62,535 nt of DNA, from NCBI GenBank assembly GCA_902788085.1, contig CADAJB010000007.1, positions 1-62,535 of the forward strand, given 5' to 3'. The DNA is from an uncultured Eubacteriales bacterium (GTDB lineage Bacteria > Bacillota > Clostridia > Christensenellales > UBA1242). The notes beneath the pieces were generated by a model, which did no database searches, was not told the origin of the DNA, and was given only the letters and a program-made list of their open reading frames with translations. The position numbers were made by a program, and so were the translations under genes. Below are positions 1-11,011 of this stretch, piece after piece. The first letter of the stretch is position 1, and each line of letters begins with the position of its first letter.

Positions 1-1046
1 ATGTTTGGCAGTGCTGGAATATTTAACGGACTGCAATCGTGAGTTTTTAACATAAAGTAAGCAAGACTGCCTATCATTGCCGCGTTGTCGGTGCAATATT
101 CCATTTTAGGAAAAAGCACTTCTATGCCGTTTTGCTTACCTTTGTTTGTAAGCATTTCTCTTAAATACGAGTTAGCCGAAACGCCACCAGCCACACAAAC
201 GGTTTTTAAATTGTTTTGAAGACAGGCTTTTATTGTTTTTTCTACAACAACGCTAACAGCCTCGTGCTGAAAAGATGCGCAAACTTGCGCCACATCTACA
301 ACTTCACCTCTTTCGGTTTGATTATGTACATAGTTTATAACCGCAGTTTTTAAACCACTAAAACTAAAATTAAAACTATCTTTTAGCGATGTGTGATGTA
401 CAAATTGAAGTTTTGGTTGTACACCCTTTGAAATTTTATCTATCTTTGGTCCACCTGGATACCCAAGCCCCATGACACGCGCAACTTTATCAAAACTTTC
501 GCCTATGGCATCATCTATGGTTGTTCCAAATAGGCTTATTTTTGTATAATCTTCTACTTTAACTATTGCTGTATGTCCACCACTTACTATTAAACACGCA
601 AAGGGCGGTTTTAAGTTATTATAAGTAAGATAGTTTGCGCATATATGCCCTTTTATGTGATTGCAAGCAATAAGCGGAAGTTCTAACGAAAAAGCAAGTG
701 CCTTAGCAGTAGTTAAACCTACCAAAAGCGAACCAACCAGCCCCGCCCCCTGCGTAACACCTATGGCATCTATATCTTTAAAAGTTAAGTTAGCATCTTT
801 TAATGCTTTATCTACCAATGGCAAAACTGCTAATATATGGTTTCGACTTGCAACTTCGGGCACAACACCGCCAAAGCGCGTATGAATATCTACCTGCGAG
901 GCTAACACATTAGATAAAACTTTTCTGCCGTTTTCTACTATTGCCACACCCGTATCGTCGCAACTAGATTCAATAGCCAAAATGCGTACAACCTTTTTTG
1001 TACGCAAATCTTCCATTTTTTGTTGCATCTTGTTAAAGTATGTCAT
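1..1046 (-). CDS. tsaD: tRNA N6-adenosine threonylcarbamoyltransferase TsaD (last few C-terminal residues run off the window)
   Basis: My own minus-strand translation from ATG at 1046 (RBS GGAGAA upstream) gives MTYFNKMQQKMEDLRTKKVVRILAIESSCDDTGVAIVENGRKVLSNVLASQVDIHTRFGGVVPEVASR, the Kae1/TsaD N-terminal signature. The frame stays open to position 1. It is absent from the ORF track because there is no in-window stop. Confidence 0.85.
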   Translation of the reverse strand, partial: MTYFNKMQQKMEDLRTKKVVRILAIESSCDDTGVAIVENGRKVLSNVLASQVDIHTRFGGVVPEVASRNHILAVLPLVDKALKDANLTFKDIDAIGVTQGAGLVGSLLVGLTTAKALAFSLELPLIACNHIKGHICANYLTYNNLKPPFACLIVSGGHTAIVKVEDYTKISLFGTTIDDAIGESFDKVARVMGLGYPGGPKIDKISKGVQPKLQFVHHTSLKDSFNFSFSGLKTAVINYVHNQTERGEVVDVAQVCASFQHEAVSVVVEKTIKACLQNNLKTVCVAGGVSANSYLREMLTNKGKQNGIEVLFPKMEYCTDNAAMIGSLAYFMLKTHDCSPLNIPALPN

Positions 1047-1059
1047 TAGTTTTCTCCTG

Positions 1060-2160
1060 CTAACTAATTTTAGATTGCCTTAAATATTCGTTTATAAAGT
1101 CTTGAATATCTCCGTCCATAACACGCGCTACATCGCTTGTTTCGAAGTCAGTGCGGTGGTCTTTTACCATAGTGTAGGGGCAAAACACATAACTTCGTAT
1201 TTGACTGCCCCATTCTATCTTTTTTAATGTGCCTTGTATTTCCTTGCTATCTTGCAATCGTTTTTGTTCTTCTAGTTCGGCAAGTTTAGATTTTAACACA
1301 TTTAAAGCGTTTTGTTTGTTTTGAATTTGGCTACGCTCGTTTTGGCAAGTAACTATAATGCCTGTTGGCAAGTGTTTTATGCGCACTGCGCTGTCTGTTG
1401 TGTTTACCCCCTGCCCGCCGTGCCCGCCTGCGTGGAATGTATCTATACGCAAATCGGTTTCGGGTATATCTATTTGCACATCATCATCTATCTCGGGCAT
1501 AACCTCAACCGAGGCAAAACTTGTGTGTCTGCGGGCATTACTATCGAAAGGCGAAATGCGCACTAACCTGTGCACACCCTTTTCGGCTTTTAAATAACCA
1601 TAGGCATAGTCGCCATAGACAGATAAAGTTACACTTTTTATACCTGCTTCGTCGCCTTCTTGTCTATCTAAAACCGCCACTTTAAAATTTTGTTTTTCAA
1701 AGTATCTTAAATACATTCGTTCTAGCATTTGTGCCCAATCACAAGCCTCGGTGCCACCCGCCCCCGATTGTATTGTAAGAATAGCATTGTTTTTATCGTA
1801 TTTATCGTTTAATAACGCCAAAAGCATCATTTCTTCTACATCACTTGTTAAAGTGTTTAATTCGGTAGATAAATCTTTTAATATATCTATATCATTTTCG
1901 GTGCAATCTAAAAACACATCATTTATAGCACTATACCTAAATTTTAGGTTATCAATTTTTGATATTGTTTTTTCTAAAAAATTAATTCGTTGCCCTACAC
2001 GCTGAACATTTTTTTGGTCGTTAAAAAAGTTTGGTTGGGTTTGTTGCGCTTGCAAAGACTTAATTTCGGCTTGCAAAAGCGAAACATCAAAAACAGCCTG
2101 GATATCACCAAGCCTTTTTTGAACATCTTGTAAACTATTTTTTATATCAAAATAATCCAT
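1060..2160 (-). CDS. prfB: peptide chain release factor 2, encoded in one uninterrupted frame
   Basis: 366-aa ORF with the SPF motif (RISPFDSNARRHTSF) and GGQ motif (GGHGGQGVNTTDSAVRIKHLPTG). It lies directly downstream of secA, as in many Firmicutes. Confidence 0.95.
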   Translation of the reverse strand: MDYFDIKNSLQDVQKRLGDIQAVFDVSLLQAEIKSLQAQQTQPNFFNDQKNVQRVGQRINFLEKTISKIDNLKFRYSAINDVFLDCTENDIDILKDLSTELNTLTSDVEEMMLLALLNDKYDKNNAILTIQSGAGGTEACDWAQMLERMYLRYFEKQNFKVAVLDRQEGDEAGIKSVTLSVYGDYAYGYLKAEKGVHRLVRISPFDSNARRHTSFASVEVMPEIDDDVQIDIPETDLRIDTFHAGGHGGQGVNTTDSAVRIKHLPTGIIVTCQNERSQIQNKQNALNVLKSKLAELEEQKRLQDSKEIQGTLKKIEWGSQIRSYVFCPYTMVKDHRTDFETSDVARVMDGDIQDFINEYLRQSKIS

Positions 2161-2171
2161 AAATAACCTTT

Positions 2172-4857
2172 TTATTTACCACAGCAGTTTTTATACTTTT
2201 TGCCACTACCACAAGGGCAAGGGTCGTTGCGACCTACCACTTTATCACTTTTTGCTGGGGTTTTTGCACTGTTTTGCGCAGAGTTTTTTGCATTTTCTTG
2301 GCTAGCAATGTATTCTTGGCGTTGACGATTTACACGCTCTACCATAGCACGAAAGGCCTCGACATCCATATTTAGCATAACCGAACTTGTGTCTTCCCTA
2401 ATTTTTGCTACCATATCATCAAACATATTAAAACCAATCTTTTTGTACGCTACTATTGGGTCTTGCCTACCATAAGCAAGGGTGCCTACATCACGCCTTA
2501 AATCTGACATTGCATCAATATGTTGCATCCAAGCGTGGTCAACTACGCTAAGCAAAACCGAACGCTCGATATCTGCAAAAACTAGACCTAACTCTTCTAT
2601 TTGCTTTTTCTTTTCGTCGTATCTAGCAATTACATCATCTAAAACTTTTTGTCTTAACTCTTCGTAAATTATATCTTCGCACATCTCGCTAGTTACAAAG
2701 TTTGTACCTTTTTTATACAACTTGTCTTCTAGGTTTAGGTTGATTTTTTCGATATTCCAATCAACACTTGGTTTATCTACATCAACGCTAGATAACAATG
2801 CATCATCTACTAAATCTGGGAACATCTCTTCAATTTGTGCGTGAACATCTTCACCGTCTAATATTGAATTTCGCTGACCATAAATAATAGTACGCTGTTT
2901 GTTTATAACATCATCATATTCTAGCAAATATCTACGGCTTGCGTAGTGTGCTGCTTCCACTTTCTTTTGTGCGTTTTCTATCATTTTGGTTAGCAACTTG
3001 CTTTTCATAGGTGTATCGTCATCAACACGCATAAAGTTGGTTATGCTTTTTAGTCTATCACCAGCAAACAACCTTATTAAATCATCTTCAAACGATATAT
3101 AAAACACACTGCGTCCTGGGTCACCCTGACGACCAGCACGACCACGCAACTGGTTGTCTATACGCCTAGATTCGTGGCGCTCGGTACCTATAATTAACAA
3201 ACCGCCTGTTTCTAAAACGCGTTGCTTTTCGGCATCGGTTTCTTTGGTGAATTTTTCTAGTAAGTTTGTATAATCTTGTTTTGCTTTTATGGTTTCGTCA
3301 CTGGTTGGTGTAAGATAAGAACTAGCAAGTTCTATCTGCCCGTGTGTATACCCCATTTTTGCCATTTCGGCTTTTGCAAGATATTCGGGGTTACCACCAA
3401 GCAAAATATCGGTACCACGACCAGCCATGTTTGTAGCAATGGTTACCATACCATATCTACCCGCTTGGGCAACAATTTCACCTTCTTGGGCGTGGTTTTT
3501 AGCGTTTAATACTTTATGTGGTATTTTACGCTCTTTTAACATTTTAGAAATTTGTTCCGATTTTTCTATGGTTATAGTACCAACAAGCACAGGCTGACCT
3601 GTTTCGTGGGCTTGGGCAACACGCTCGACAACCGCACGCAACTTACCTTCAACTGCCGGGTAAATTACATCAGGCTCGTCAATACGCTTGTTTTGAAGGT
3701 TTGGCGGAATAGTAACTACATCAAGGCTATAAATTTTGTTAAACTCGGCTTCTTCGGTTTTTGCAGTACCTGTCATACCACTAATTTTAGAATATAACCT
3801 AAAAAAGTTTTGCAAAGTTATAGTTGCAACAGTTAGGTTTTCGTCTTTAATCTGCACGCCTTCTTTTGCTTCAATAGCCTGGTGCAAACCGTTGCTATAA
3901 CGCCTGCCTTCCATAATACGACCAGTAAACTCGTCAACAATCAACACTTGCCCATTGTTTACAACATAATTGCTATCTAGTTTAAAAAACACATTGGCTT
4001 GCAAGGCGTTTAAGATGTATTGGTTTAATTCTACACAACTTAAATCACTTAACGATTCTACACCAAAAAACTCTTCGGCTTTGATAGTACCTTGTTCGGT
4101 TAAGTGAACTTTTTTGTGTTCTTCGTCAACTGCATAGTCTTCATCACGGCGCAATTTTTTAAAGAATTTTTGCGCTTTTATATACATATCACTACTTTTA
4201 AAACCACGACCACTAATAATAAGCGGTGTGCGGGCTTCGTCTATAAGGATGCTATCAACCTCGTCGATGATTGCAAAGTTATAGCCCCTTGTGCGACGGT
4301 CTTGTGCACGGGTTACCATATTATCACGCAAATAGTCAAAACCTAGTTCGTTGTTTGTGCTGTAAGTTATATCACAAGCATACGCTGCCTTTTTTTGTTC
4401 GGGCGACATACCAGCAAAACTACACCCAACAGTTAAACCTAAAAAGCGGTGAACCTTGCCCATCCACTCAGCATCACGTAACTATGTGCACACCTTTACC
4501 TGTTAGTGCATTTAAGTACGCTGGCAAAGTACTAACCAAAGTTTTACCTTCACCAGTGCGCATTTCGGCAATACGACCTTGATGCAAAACAATACCACCA
4601 ATAATTTGCACTCTAAAATGACGCATACCCAAAACCCTTACACTTGCCTCGCGGACAAGGGCAAAAGCATCATACAAAATGTCGTCTAGTGTTTCGCCAT
4701 TTTTTAACCTGTCTTTTAACACCTGGGTTTGTGCTTGAAGTGTGGCGTTATCCATTGCTTGATATTTTGGCTCTAACAAGTCAATTTGGTCTGCCATTTT
4801 ATTTAACTTTTTTAAACTACGCGCGTTGTCTGACTGAAATATGCTAAATATTCCCAT
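2172..4857 (-). pseudogene. secA: preprotein translocase ATPase SecA, split into two ORFs (4474..4857 and 2172..4463) by a short out-of-frame deletion
   Basis: The N-terminal ORF ends ...[13 protein letters not shown] then TGA. The second frame reads [19 protein letters not shown]... and continues through the DEAD-like motor to the C-terminal zinc finger CPCGSGKKYKNCCGK. The canonical VNDYLA(K) segment between VT and RDAEW is missing, about 23 nt. Confidence 0.9.
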
Positions 4858-4923
4858 TATAATCTCCTAAAAACAATTTAAAGCATTATACAACAAATAT
4901 AAAAAAAATAAAAGCATTATTGC

Positions 4924-5760
4924 TTATTTTTTATTTTTTTGTTTGGTTTCGGCATTTTTTTCGGTGTGTATTTTATCTTGAACATTAGCAAAACTAATAA
5001 CATACACGCATTTTGCACCTGCCTGTTTTAATGCTTTTGCACATATACTAGAAGTAGCACCTGTGGTTATTACATCATCTACAAGCAAAACCGTTTTGTC
5101 TTTTAGGTGCTGGCTGTTGTTTACTTTTATGCTACCCTTTAAATTTTCTTGCCTATCATTAAAATTTAACCCTACTTGGTCGGGTGTTTCTTTTGCTTTT
5201 ATTAATACATCATTTAAAACTGGCACATCTAGGTTTTTGCTTATAACCTCGCCTAAAAGGTATGCTTGGTTATACCCACGCTGTTTTAGGCGTTTTTTAG
5301 ATACTGGCACAGGCACTATAACATCAAATTTCCAGCCTAAACTTAATAATTTGTTTGTCATTAAATTGCCTAATGCGTTTTTTATGTATGGTTTTGCACC
5401 AAATTTAAACGAATGCACAAGCCCTTGCGCTAAATCTTTAAACACTACAACGCTACGCCCAACATCAAACTCGCGCTTGTTATCCATACAGTTAAAACAA
5501 TAATCGCCACTACCCGTTATAAACGAACCACATTTTTTGCAACACGAAGTTTCGGGTATAAAGGTTAGCATATTTAAGCAAACATCGCAAATTTCGATAT
5601 CTTGTTTTGTTTTTAAGTCTTTTCCGCAACACAAACATTTTATGTTGTTTGGGTACAAAGCCCTGCTAAAAGCAGAAAAAGTATGCGCAAAAGCATTTTT
5701 TACACATACTAAAAACTTATTTTTTGGTTTGTTGGTTATAATTAATTTAATTTTGCTCAT
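4924..5760 (-). CDS. comFC: ComF family protein (ComFC-like, phosphoribosyltransferase fold)
   Basis: N-terminal Cys pairs (CLCCGKDL...CDVCLN, CKKCGS...CFNC) and a C-terminal PRT motif VLLVDDVITTGATS. Confidence 0.8.
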   Translation of the reverse strand: MSKIKLIITNKPKNKFLVCVKNAFAHTFSAFSRALYPNNIKCLCCGKDLKTKQDIEICDVCLNMLTFIPETSCCKKCGSFITGSGDYCFNCMDNKREFDVGRSVVVFKDLAQGLVHSFKFGAKPYIKNALGNLMTNKLLSLGWKFDVIVPVPVSKKRLKQRGYNQAYLLGEVISKNLDVPVLNDVLIKAKETPDQVGLNFNDRQENLKGSIKVNNSQHLKDKTVLLVDDVITTGATSSICAKALKQAGAKCVYVISFANVQDKIHTEKNAETKQKNKK

Positions 5761-8017
5761 TTAACAACTTTTCTGCTTTTTCGTTTTGTTGAATTAAAAA
5801 CAACTTTAATGCACTATATCTTGTGGCGGTATAGTCGTTGTTTACCATAAGTTTTAGGTGAAAATATTGCCCCACTAGCACCACCATTTTTTTAGCCCGT
5901 GTTACACCAGTATAAAGTAAATTTCGGGTTAAGATGCTGCTTGCACCGCCAATAACGGGCATAATAACAACATCAAACTCGCTACCCTGCGACTTATGTA
6001 TAGTTATGGCATAACTTAGCGATAGTTGACCTAAGTCTGTTTTTAAATATGTGGCTATGCGCCCGTCTTCAAAGGTTACTTCAACAGCACCCGCTTCGGT
6101 TACATCAGATATAAAACCTATATCACCATTAAATACTGCTTCTCCATATTCTACCCTGCCACCGTCAAAACGCTTCCATTCGAGGTTATAGTTGTTTTGG
6201 GTTTGCATAACTTTATCGCCCTTTCTAAATATAACATCACCTAGTATAACTTCGGGCTGATTAGGTTTTTTAGGGTTTATAATTTTTTGTATTTGGTTGT
6301 TTATGTTATCCACGCCACAAACACCCGCTTTAAGTGGTGCTAAAACTTGTATTTTTTGTGGCTCGATATTTAAAAACCTTGGTATGCGCACCGATTGCAT
6401 ATCTAAAATTCGGCGCAAAATCTCATCGGAATTAGAACATTTTTCAAAAAAGAAATCGTGGCTTGTATTATCTATTTTTGGCATCTCACCATTGTTTATG
6501 GCGTGCGCATTGTAAATGATTAAACTTTTATCTGCCTGCCTATATATTTTTGTAAGCGAACTAACAGGAATGCTACCCGAAGATATAATATCGGCAAGCA
6601 CATTACCCGCCCCCACACTAGGAAGTTGGTTTTTATCACCCACTAAAATTAGACGCGTTGTTGGTTTTAAGGCACTAACAAGGTTGTACATTAACTGCAC
6701 ATCAACCATTGAAACTTCATCTACAATTACCACATCACTAGGCAAAGGGTTACGCTCGTTATAAATAAAGCGTTCGTGGTTAGTTTCCATTCTGCCGTGT
6801 CCAAAATCTAGCATTAGCGCCCTATGAATTGTGCTAGCATCGGCTTCGCAACTTTCGCTCATTCGTTTGGCTGCCCTACCAGTTGGGGCTAGCAGAGTAA
6901 CAACTTGCTTGTGGTTTTTTAGTATATTTAAAATACACTTAATAATTGTTGTTTTACCAGTACCTGGTCCACCTGTTATAACAGATACCCCATTGTTTAT
7001 AGCGTTTATAACTGCATTCTTTTGGTCTTGGTGCAACTCTACATTATTTATTTGCTGAAAGTGTTGTATTTCGTCTTCTAGGTCTAGCATTGGCAATAAG
7101 TTTGCCGACATCATTAATAACTTATTTGCTATGTGTTGCTCTAAAAGATAGTAGTGTAAAAGCATAACACAATCCACATCTTCTACCTTCATTTCTTTTA
7201 TCAAGCCTTCGAAAGTTAGTTCCTTTAAAACCTGACTTAGTTGTTCTTGGTAGTCGTCAAAGTTTAAATCTAATAGTTTAGATAAATTTTGTATTAACTC
7301 TTCTTTTGGCAAATAAGTGTTTCCGCTTTTTTCGCTTGTTTCGTTTAAAGCATAAACAAGCCCTGCCCTAATACGAAAAGTGCTATCTTTTTGTATGCCC
7401 AAACTTACAGCAATTTTATCTGCCGATTTAAACCCAACGCCGCGAATGTCTTCTACAAGCTTATAAGGGTTTGTTTGCAATATGTTTTTTGTATCGTCGC
7501 CGTAGATATTAAATATTTTAACAGCCATATTAACAGAAATGTTATACTCTTGCAAAAACATAACAACATCTTGCATACGCCTAAGGTTTAAAAAAGCACT
7601 GTTAATTTCGGCTGCTTTTTTTGCACTAACCCCCGAAATTGATGTTAGTTTTAGCGGGTTAAACTCTATAACATCTAAAGTATCTGTGCCAAACTTATCT
7701 ACTATTTTTTTTGCGGTTGCTGGCCCTACACCTGCAATTAAACCACTAGATAAATATTTTTCTATTGCTTCGCGAGAGTTGGGTTGTTCTATTTCAAAAC
7801 TCTCTACATTAAACTGCTCGCCCCACTTACTGTTGGTTATAAAATGCCCTTGTGCTAATATTGTTTGCCCTTCAAACAAAGAAGGAATTTTGCCCACTAA
7901 TGTAATCTTTTCGCCATTGCTTTCAATTTTGGCAACAGTATAGCCGTTGTCTTTGTTTTGAAAGATGATACTAACAACATTACCTTTAATGACCATAATT
8001 CCCTCTTTTTTATGCAT
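5747..8017 (-). CDS. recD2: SF1B ATP-dependent RecD-like DNA helicase (RecD2/YrrC type)
   Basis: 756-aa ORF with Walker A (ITGGPGTGKTT), motif VIVDEVSMVD, LVGDKNQLPSVGAG and C-terminal AITIHKSQGSE. An alternative start at M8 (7996) has RBS AGAGGGA. Confidence 0.85.
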   Translation of the reverse strand: MHKKEGIMVIKGNVVSIIFQNKDNGYTVAKIESNGEKITLVGKIPSLFEGQTILAQGHFITNSKWGEQFNVESFEIEQPNSREAIEKYLSSGLIAGVGPATAKKIVDKFGTDTLDVIEFNPLKLTSISGVSAKKAAEINSAFLNLRRMQDVVMFLQEYNISVNMAVKIFNIYGDDTKNILQTNPYKLVEDIRGVGFKSADKIAVSLGIQKDSTFRIRAGLVYALNETSEKSGNTYLPKEELIQNLSKLLDLNFDDYQEQLSQVLKELTFEGLIKEMKVEDVDCVMLLHYYLLEQHIANKLLMMSANLLPMLDLEDEIQHFQQINNVELHQDQKNAVINAINNGVSVITGGPGTGKTTIIKCILNILKNHKQVVTLLAPTGRAAKRMSESCEADASTIHRALMLDFGHGRMETNHERFIYNERNPLPSDVVIVDEVSMVDVQLMYNLVSALKPTTRLILVGDKNQLPSVGAGNVLADIISSGSIPVSSLTKIYRQADKSLIIYNAHAINNGEMPKIDNTSHDFFFEKCSNSDEILRRILDMQSVRIPRFLNIEPQKIQVLAPLKAGVCGVDNINNQIQKIINPKKPNQPEVILGDVIFRKGDKVMQTQNNYNLEWKRFDGGRVEYGEAVFNGDIGFISDVTEAGAVEVTFEDGRIATYLKTDLGQLSLSYAITIHKSQGSEFDVVIMPVIGGASSILTRNLLYTGVTRAKKMVVLVGQYFHLKLMVNNDYTATRYSALKLFLIQQNEKAEKLLNEQN

Positions 8018-8597
8018 TTAAAACGCTTTCTATCTTATCTAAAATGCGTTCTTTGCCTTGTTTATCTTGACTAGAAGTAAACATAATATCTTGTGTGCCA
8101 ACACCAAAAGTATTGGCAATAACTTGTAAATTTTTATTTATTTGGCTTTTGCCTATTTTATCTGCCTTGGTGGCTATAATGCAAAATGGAATATTATAGG
8201 TATATAAATATTTAACCATTTCTTCATCTAGTTTTGTAGGATTATGCCTAATATCTACTAAAACACAAACAAGTTTTAAAGCCTTGCTGTTTTGTAAATA
8301 ACCACCAATCAAGCCTTGCCATTGCGACTGCTCGGTTTTGCTGGCTTGGGCAAAACCATAACCCGGTAAATCTACTAAATAAAACTGATTGTTTATTTTA
8401 AAATAGTTTATAAGCCTTGTGCGCCCTGGTGTGCTACTGGTTTTTGCTAAATTTTTGCGATTAGTTAAATAATTTATAAGTGAAGACTTGCCCACATTAC
8501 TTCTGCCAACAAAAGTTATTTGTGGCAAATCTTCGTAGTTTATAATATCTTTTACATTACTAACGCTAACCACAAAGTCGGCAGATTTAATTATCAT
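8010..8597 (-). CDS. engB: ribosome biogenesis GTP-binding protein YsxC/EngB
   Basis: G1 GRSNVGKSS, LVDLPGYG, and TKADK (G4). It sits directly downstream of lon, the conserved Firmicute arrangement. Confidence 0.9.
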   Translation of the reverse strand: MIIKSADFVVSVSNVKDIINYEDLPQITFVGRSNVGKSSLINYLTNRKNLAKTSSTPGRTRLINYFKINNQFYLVDLPGYGFAQASKTEQSQWQGLIGGYLQNSKALKLVCVLVDIRHNPTKLDEEMVKYLYTYNIPFCIIATKADKIGKSQINKNLQVIANTFGVGTQDIMFTSSQDKQGKERILDKIESVLNA

Positions 8598-8599
8598 AA

Positions 8600-11011
8600 C
8601 TATTCTCCTTTTGCTTTTTTAGCTTCAATTTCGGCTAAATCGCGCTCTACAAACTTTTGTAAACTTGTTTTTTCTTTATTTGGTGGAAGCAACGCAAAAT
8701 CAAACACTTCTTGAATGTTTGTTACTAATTTTATATCAAGTTTTTCGCGAACTTCTTTTGGTAAATCGTCTAGGTTGTGTTCGTTTTGTTTTGGTAGAAT
8801 AACAGTTGTCATTCCAGCACGCGCAGCACCCATAAGTTTATCACGCACACCACCTATACTTAAAACTCTGCCGTGCAACGATACCTCACCTGTCATTGCA
8901 AGTTTTTGTTTTACTGGGCGGTTTGTTAACGCACTTGCTATTGCTAGTGCTGTTGCAACACCTGCACTTGGCCCTTCTACACCATAAGGAAGGTGTGGAT
9001 AGTGAATATGAAGCGTAGTTTTAGAGAAAGTGTAAGGGTTTATACCCAATTTATCTGCCATACTTTGAACAAGTGTATATGCTGTTTTTGCAGACTCTTG
9101 CGATATATTGCCCATTTGCCCTGTTAGCACCATTTTTTCGGAACCATATACAGCATTAACTTCGATAAGTAGTGTGCTTCCGCCTGTATAATCTACGCCT
9201 AAGCCTACAACTTCGCCGACATTTCCGCCATCAAAGAAAGTATCTTTTTCGGCATAGTCGTTGCCTAAATATGCCTTTAAGTTTGTTAGGCTTACATCTT
9301 TAAACTTTTTGCCGTCAACCTTACGCATTGCATACTTTCGGCAGATTGACGCAATTTGACGCTCTAAGCCCCTAACACCTGCTTCCATAGTATAATCTTC
9401 TATAATTTTTAACAATAACTCGTCGGTAAAAGGCACAGTATTTTGTGCAAGACCGGCTAATTTTTCTTGTTTAACTATTAGGTGGCGTTTGGCTATTTCC
9501 ACCTTTTCTAGTGGTGTATAGCCACTAACTTCTATAACTTCCATACGGTCTAGTAGTGGGCGCGGAATAGTTTGTAAAGTGTTGGCCGTTAGTATAAACA
9601 TAACCTTAGATAAATCGTAAGGTATTTCTAAGAAATTATCTTTAAAGTGGTCGTTTTGCGCTGGGTCTAAAACTTCTAATAGTGCACTTGCAGGGTCGCC
9701 GTGCACATCTTGTGTTAGTTTATCAATTTCGTCTAGCAAGAACACTGGGTTTATAGTGCCGGCTTGCTTCATACCTTCTATTATTCGCCCTGGCATTGCA
9801 CCCACATAAGTGCGGCGGTGCCCACGAATAACACTTTCGTCGCTTACACCACCCAAAGATACTTGAACAAACTTACGCCCCATTGCTTTTGCAATAGATT
9901 GTGCTACCGAAGTTTTACCAACACCAGGTGCACCAACCAAACATATAATTTGGGCGTTTACATTTTTTGTAAGAGATATAACCGATAAAGTTTCTAAAAT
10001 TCGATCTTTAACCTTATCTAGTGCATAGTGGTCGTCATCTAAAATTTTGCGCGCCTGCACAATATCTAACTTGTCTTCGGTTTTTGTGTGCCAAGGAAGT
10101 GCTAATACTGTATCTAAAAAGTTGCGAATATACCCAAGTTCTGGCGAACCAAACGGAAGTTTTGCAAGCCTGTTTACTTCTTTTAATACTTTTTCTTCGC
10201 TTTCTTTTGGCATATTAAGCGCTTTAACTTTTTTGCGGTATTCTTCTATTTCGTCAACTTCGCCATTAAGTTCCTGATTAATAACATTAAGTTGCTCACG
10301 CAAGTAAATTTCTTTTTGGGTTTTAGATAAATTTTCGTTTACTTTGTCGTCAATAGACTTGCGCACTGCTAAAAGTTCTTTCAAACCTTTTATTAAGCCT
10401 TCTTCTAGTTCTAAACGCTCTTCTACATTTTGCGTAGCAAGCAAGGTTTGTTGGGTTTTTATGTCTTCTTTGGCAAGCAAATGAATAAGTGCATCCGAAA
10501 ATTTTGCAGGGCTAGATTCTAGGTTTAACAACTGGTTTTCTAGCATAGGTGGCAAAAAGCGGGTTTTGTAGTTTATTTTTTTAAGTTCATCTTTTAGTAT
10601 ATTCATCTTTTGATATGCAAAAACACTGTTTGCGTTTACTTCTGGCAACTCCTGTGCATATAAAACAAATTGCGGTTGCAAACTTTCTATTTTGTTTATA
10701 AGCACCCTACTTTGCCCAAGCAACAAAACTTTTGTATGACCTTCTTCTTCTACAAATTTTTTTATTTCACACAAACAACCTATTTCAAAAAAGTCGTTTA
10801 TAGTTGGCTCGGCAATTCCGTCTTTGCTAGAAACCAAAACAACCTTTTGCCCCTTTTCGTTGGCAATCTTTATATTTGTTAGTTCTTCGGGGTTTACTAT
10901 ATCACAAGTTATATTTACATTTGGCACTGCAACTATGTTGGTTAAAAAAACACCAATGTACTGCTTACTTGCTTCAAATTTTTGTTTATTTTGCTCTGTC
11001 ATATTTTCCAT
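8600..11011 (-). CDS. lon: ATP-dependent Lon protease (LonA)
   Basis: 803-aa ORF with an N-terminal LON domain, AAA+ Walker A GAPGVGKTS, and protease motif PSAGVATALAIASAL with the catalytic Ser. Confidence 0.95.
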   Translation of the reverse strand: MENMTEQNKQKFEASKQYIGVFLTNIVAVPNVNITCDIVNPEELTNIKIANEKGQKVVLVSSKDGIAEPTINDFFEIGCLCEIKKFVEEEGHTKVLLLGQSRVLINKIESLQPQFVLYAQELPEVNANSVFAYQKMNILKDELKKINYKTRFLPPMLENQLLNLESSPAKFSDALIHLLAKEDIKTQQTLLATQNVEERLELEEGLIKGLKELLAVRKSIDDKVNENLSKTQKEIYLREQLNVINQELNGEVDEIEEYRKKVKALNMPKESEEKVLKEVNRLAKLPFGSPELGYIRNFLDTVLALPWHTKTEDKLDIVQARKILDDDHYALDKVKDRILETLSVISLTKNVNAQIICLVGAPGVGKTSVAQSIAKAMGRKFVQVSLGGVSDESVIRGHRRTYVGAMPGRIIEGMKQAGTINPVFLLDEIDKLTQDVHGDPASALLEVLDPAQNDHFKDNFLEIPYDLSKVMFILTANTLQTIPRPLLDRMEVIEVSGYTPLEKVEIAKRHLIVKQEKLAGLAQNTVPFTDELLLKIIEDYTMEAGVRGLERQIASICRKYAMRKVDGKKFKDVSLTNLKAYLGNDYAEKDTFFDGGNVGEVVGLGVDYTGGSTLLIEVNAVYGSEKMVLTGQMGNISQESAKTAYTLVQSMADKLGINPYTFSKTTLHIHYPHLPYGVEGPSAGVATALAIASALTNRPVKQKLAMTGEVSLHGRVLSIGGVRDKLMGAARAGMTTVILPKQNEHNLDDLPKEVREKLDIKLVTNIQEVFDFALLPPNKEKTSLQKFVERDLAEIEAKKAKGE

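Noticed and set aside
661-885. Plus-strand ORF of 74 aa, and many similar 60-146-aa ORFs in the track (for example 1312..1566, 3276..3509, 5063..5503, 7539..7943, 24102..24425, 53075..53464) lying antisense to or out of frame with large conserved genes.
   Set aside because: They are fully embedded in well-supported genes on the opposite strand, lack ribosome-binding sites, and have low-complexity or hydrophobic nonsense composition typical of shadow ORFs in AT-rich DNA.
4481-4496. The motif-like string GTAACTATGTGCACAC next to the secA deletion junction, which might link the palindromic motif to the deletion.
   Set aside because: It differs from the motif by an internal 2-nt insertion and encodes the conserved GVHIVT of SecA. 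It is most likely coincidence.
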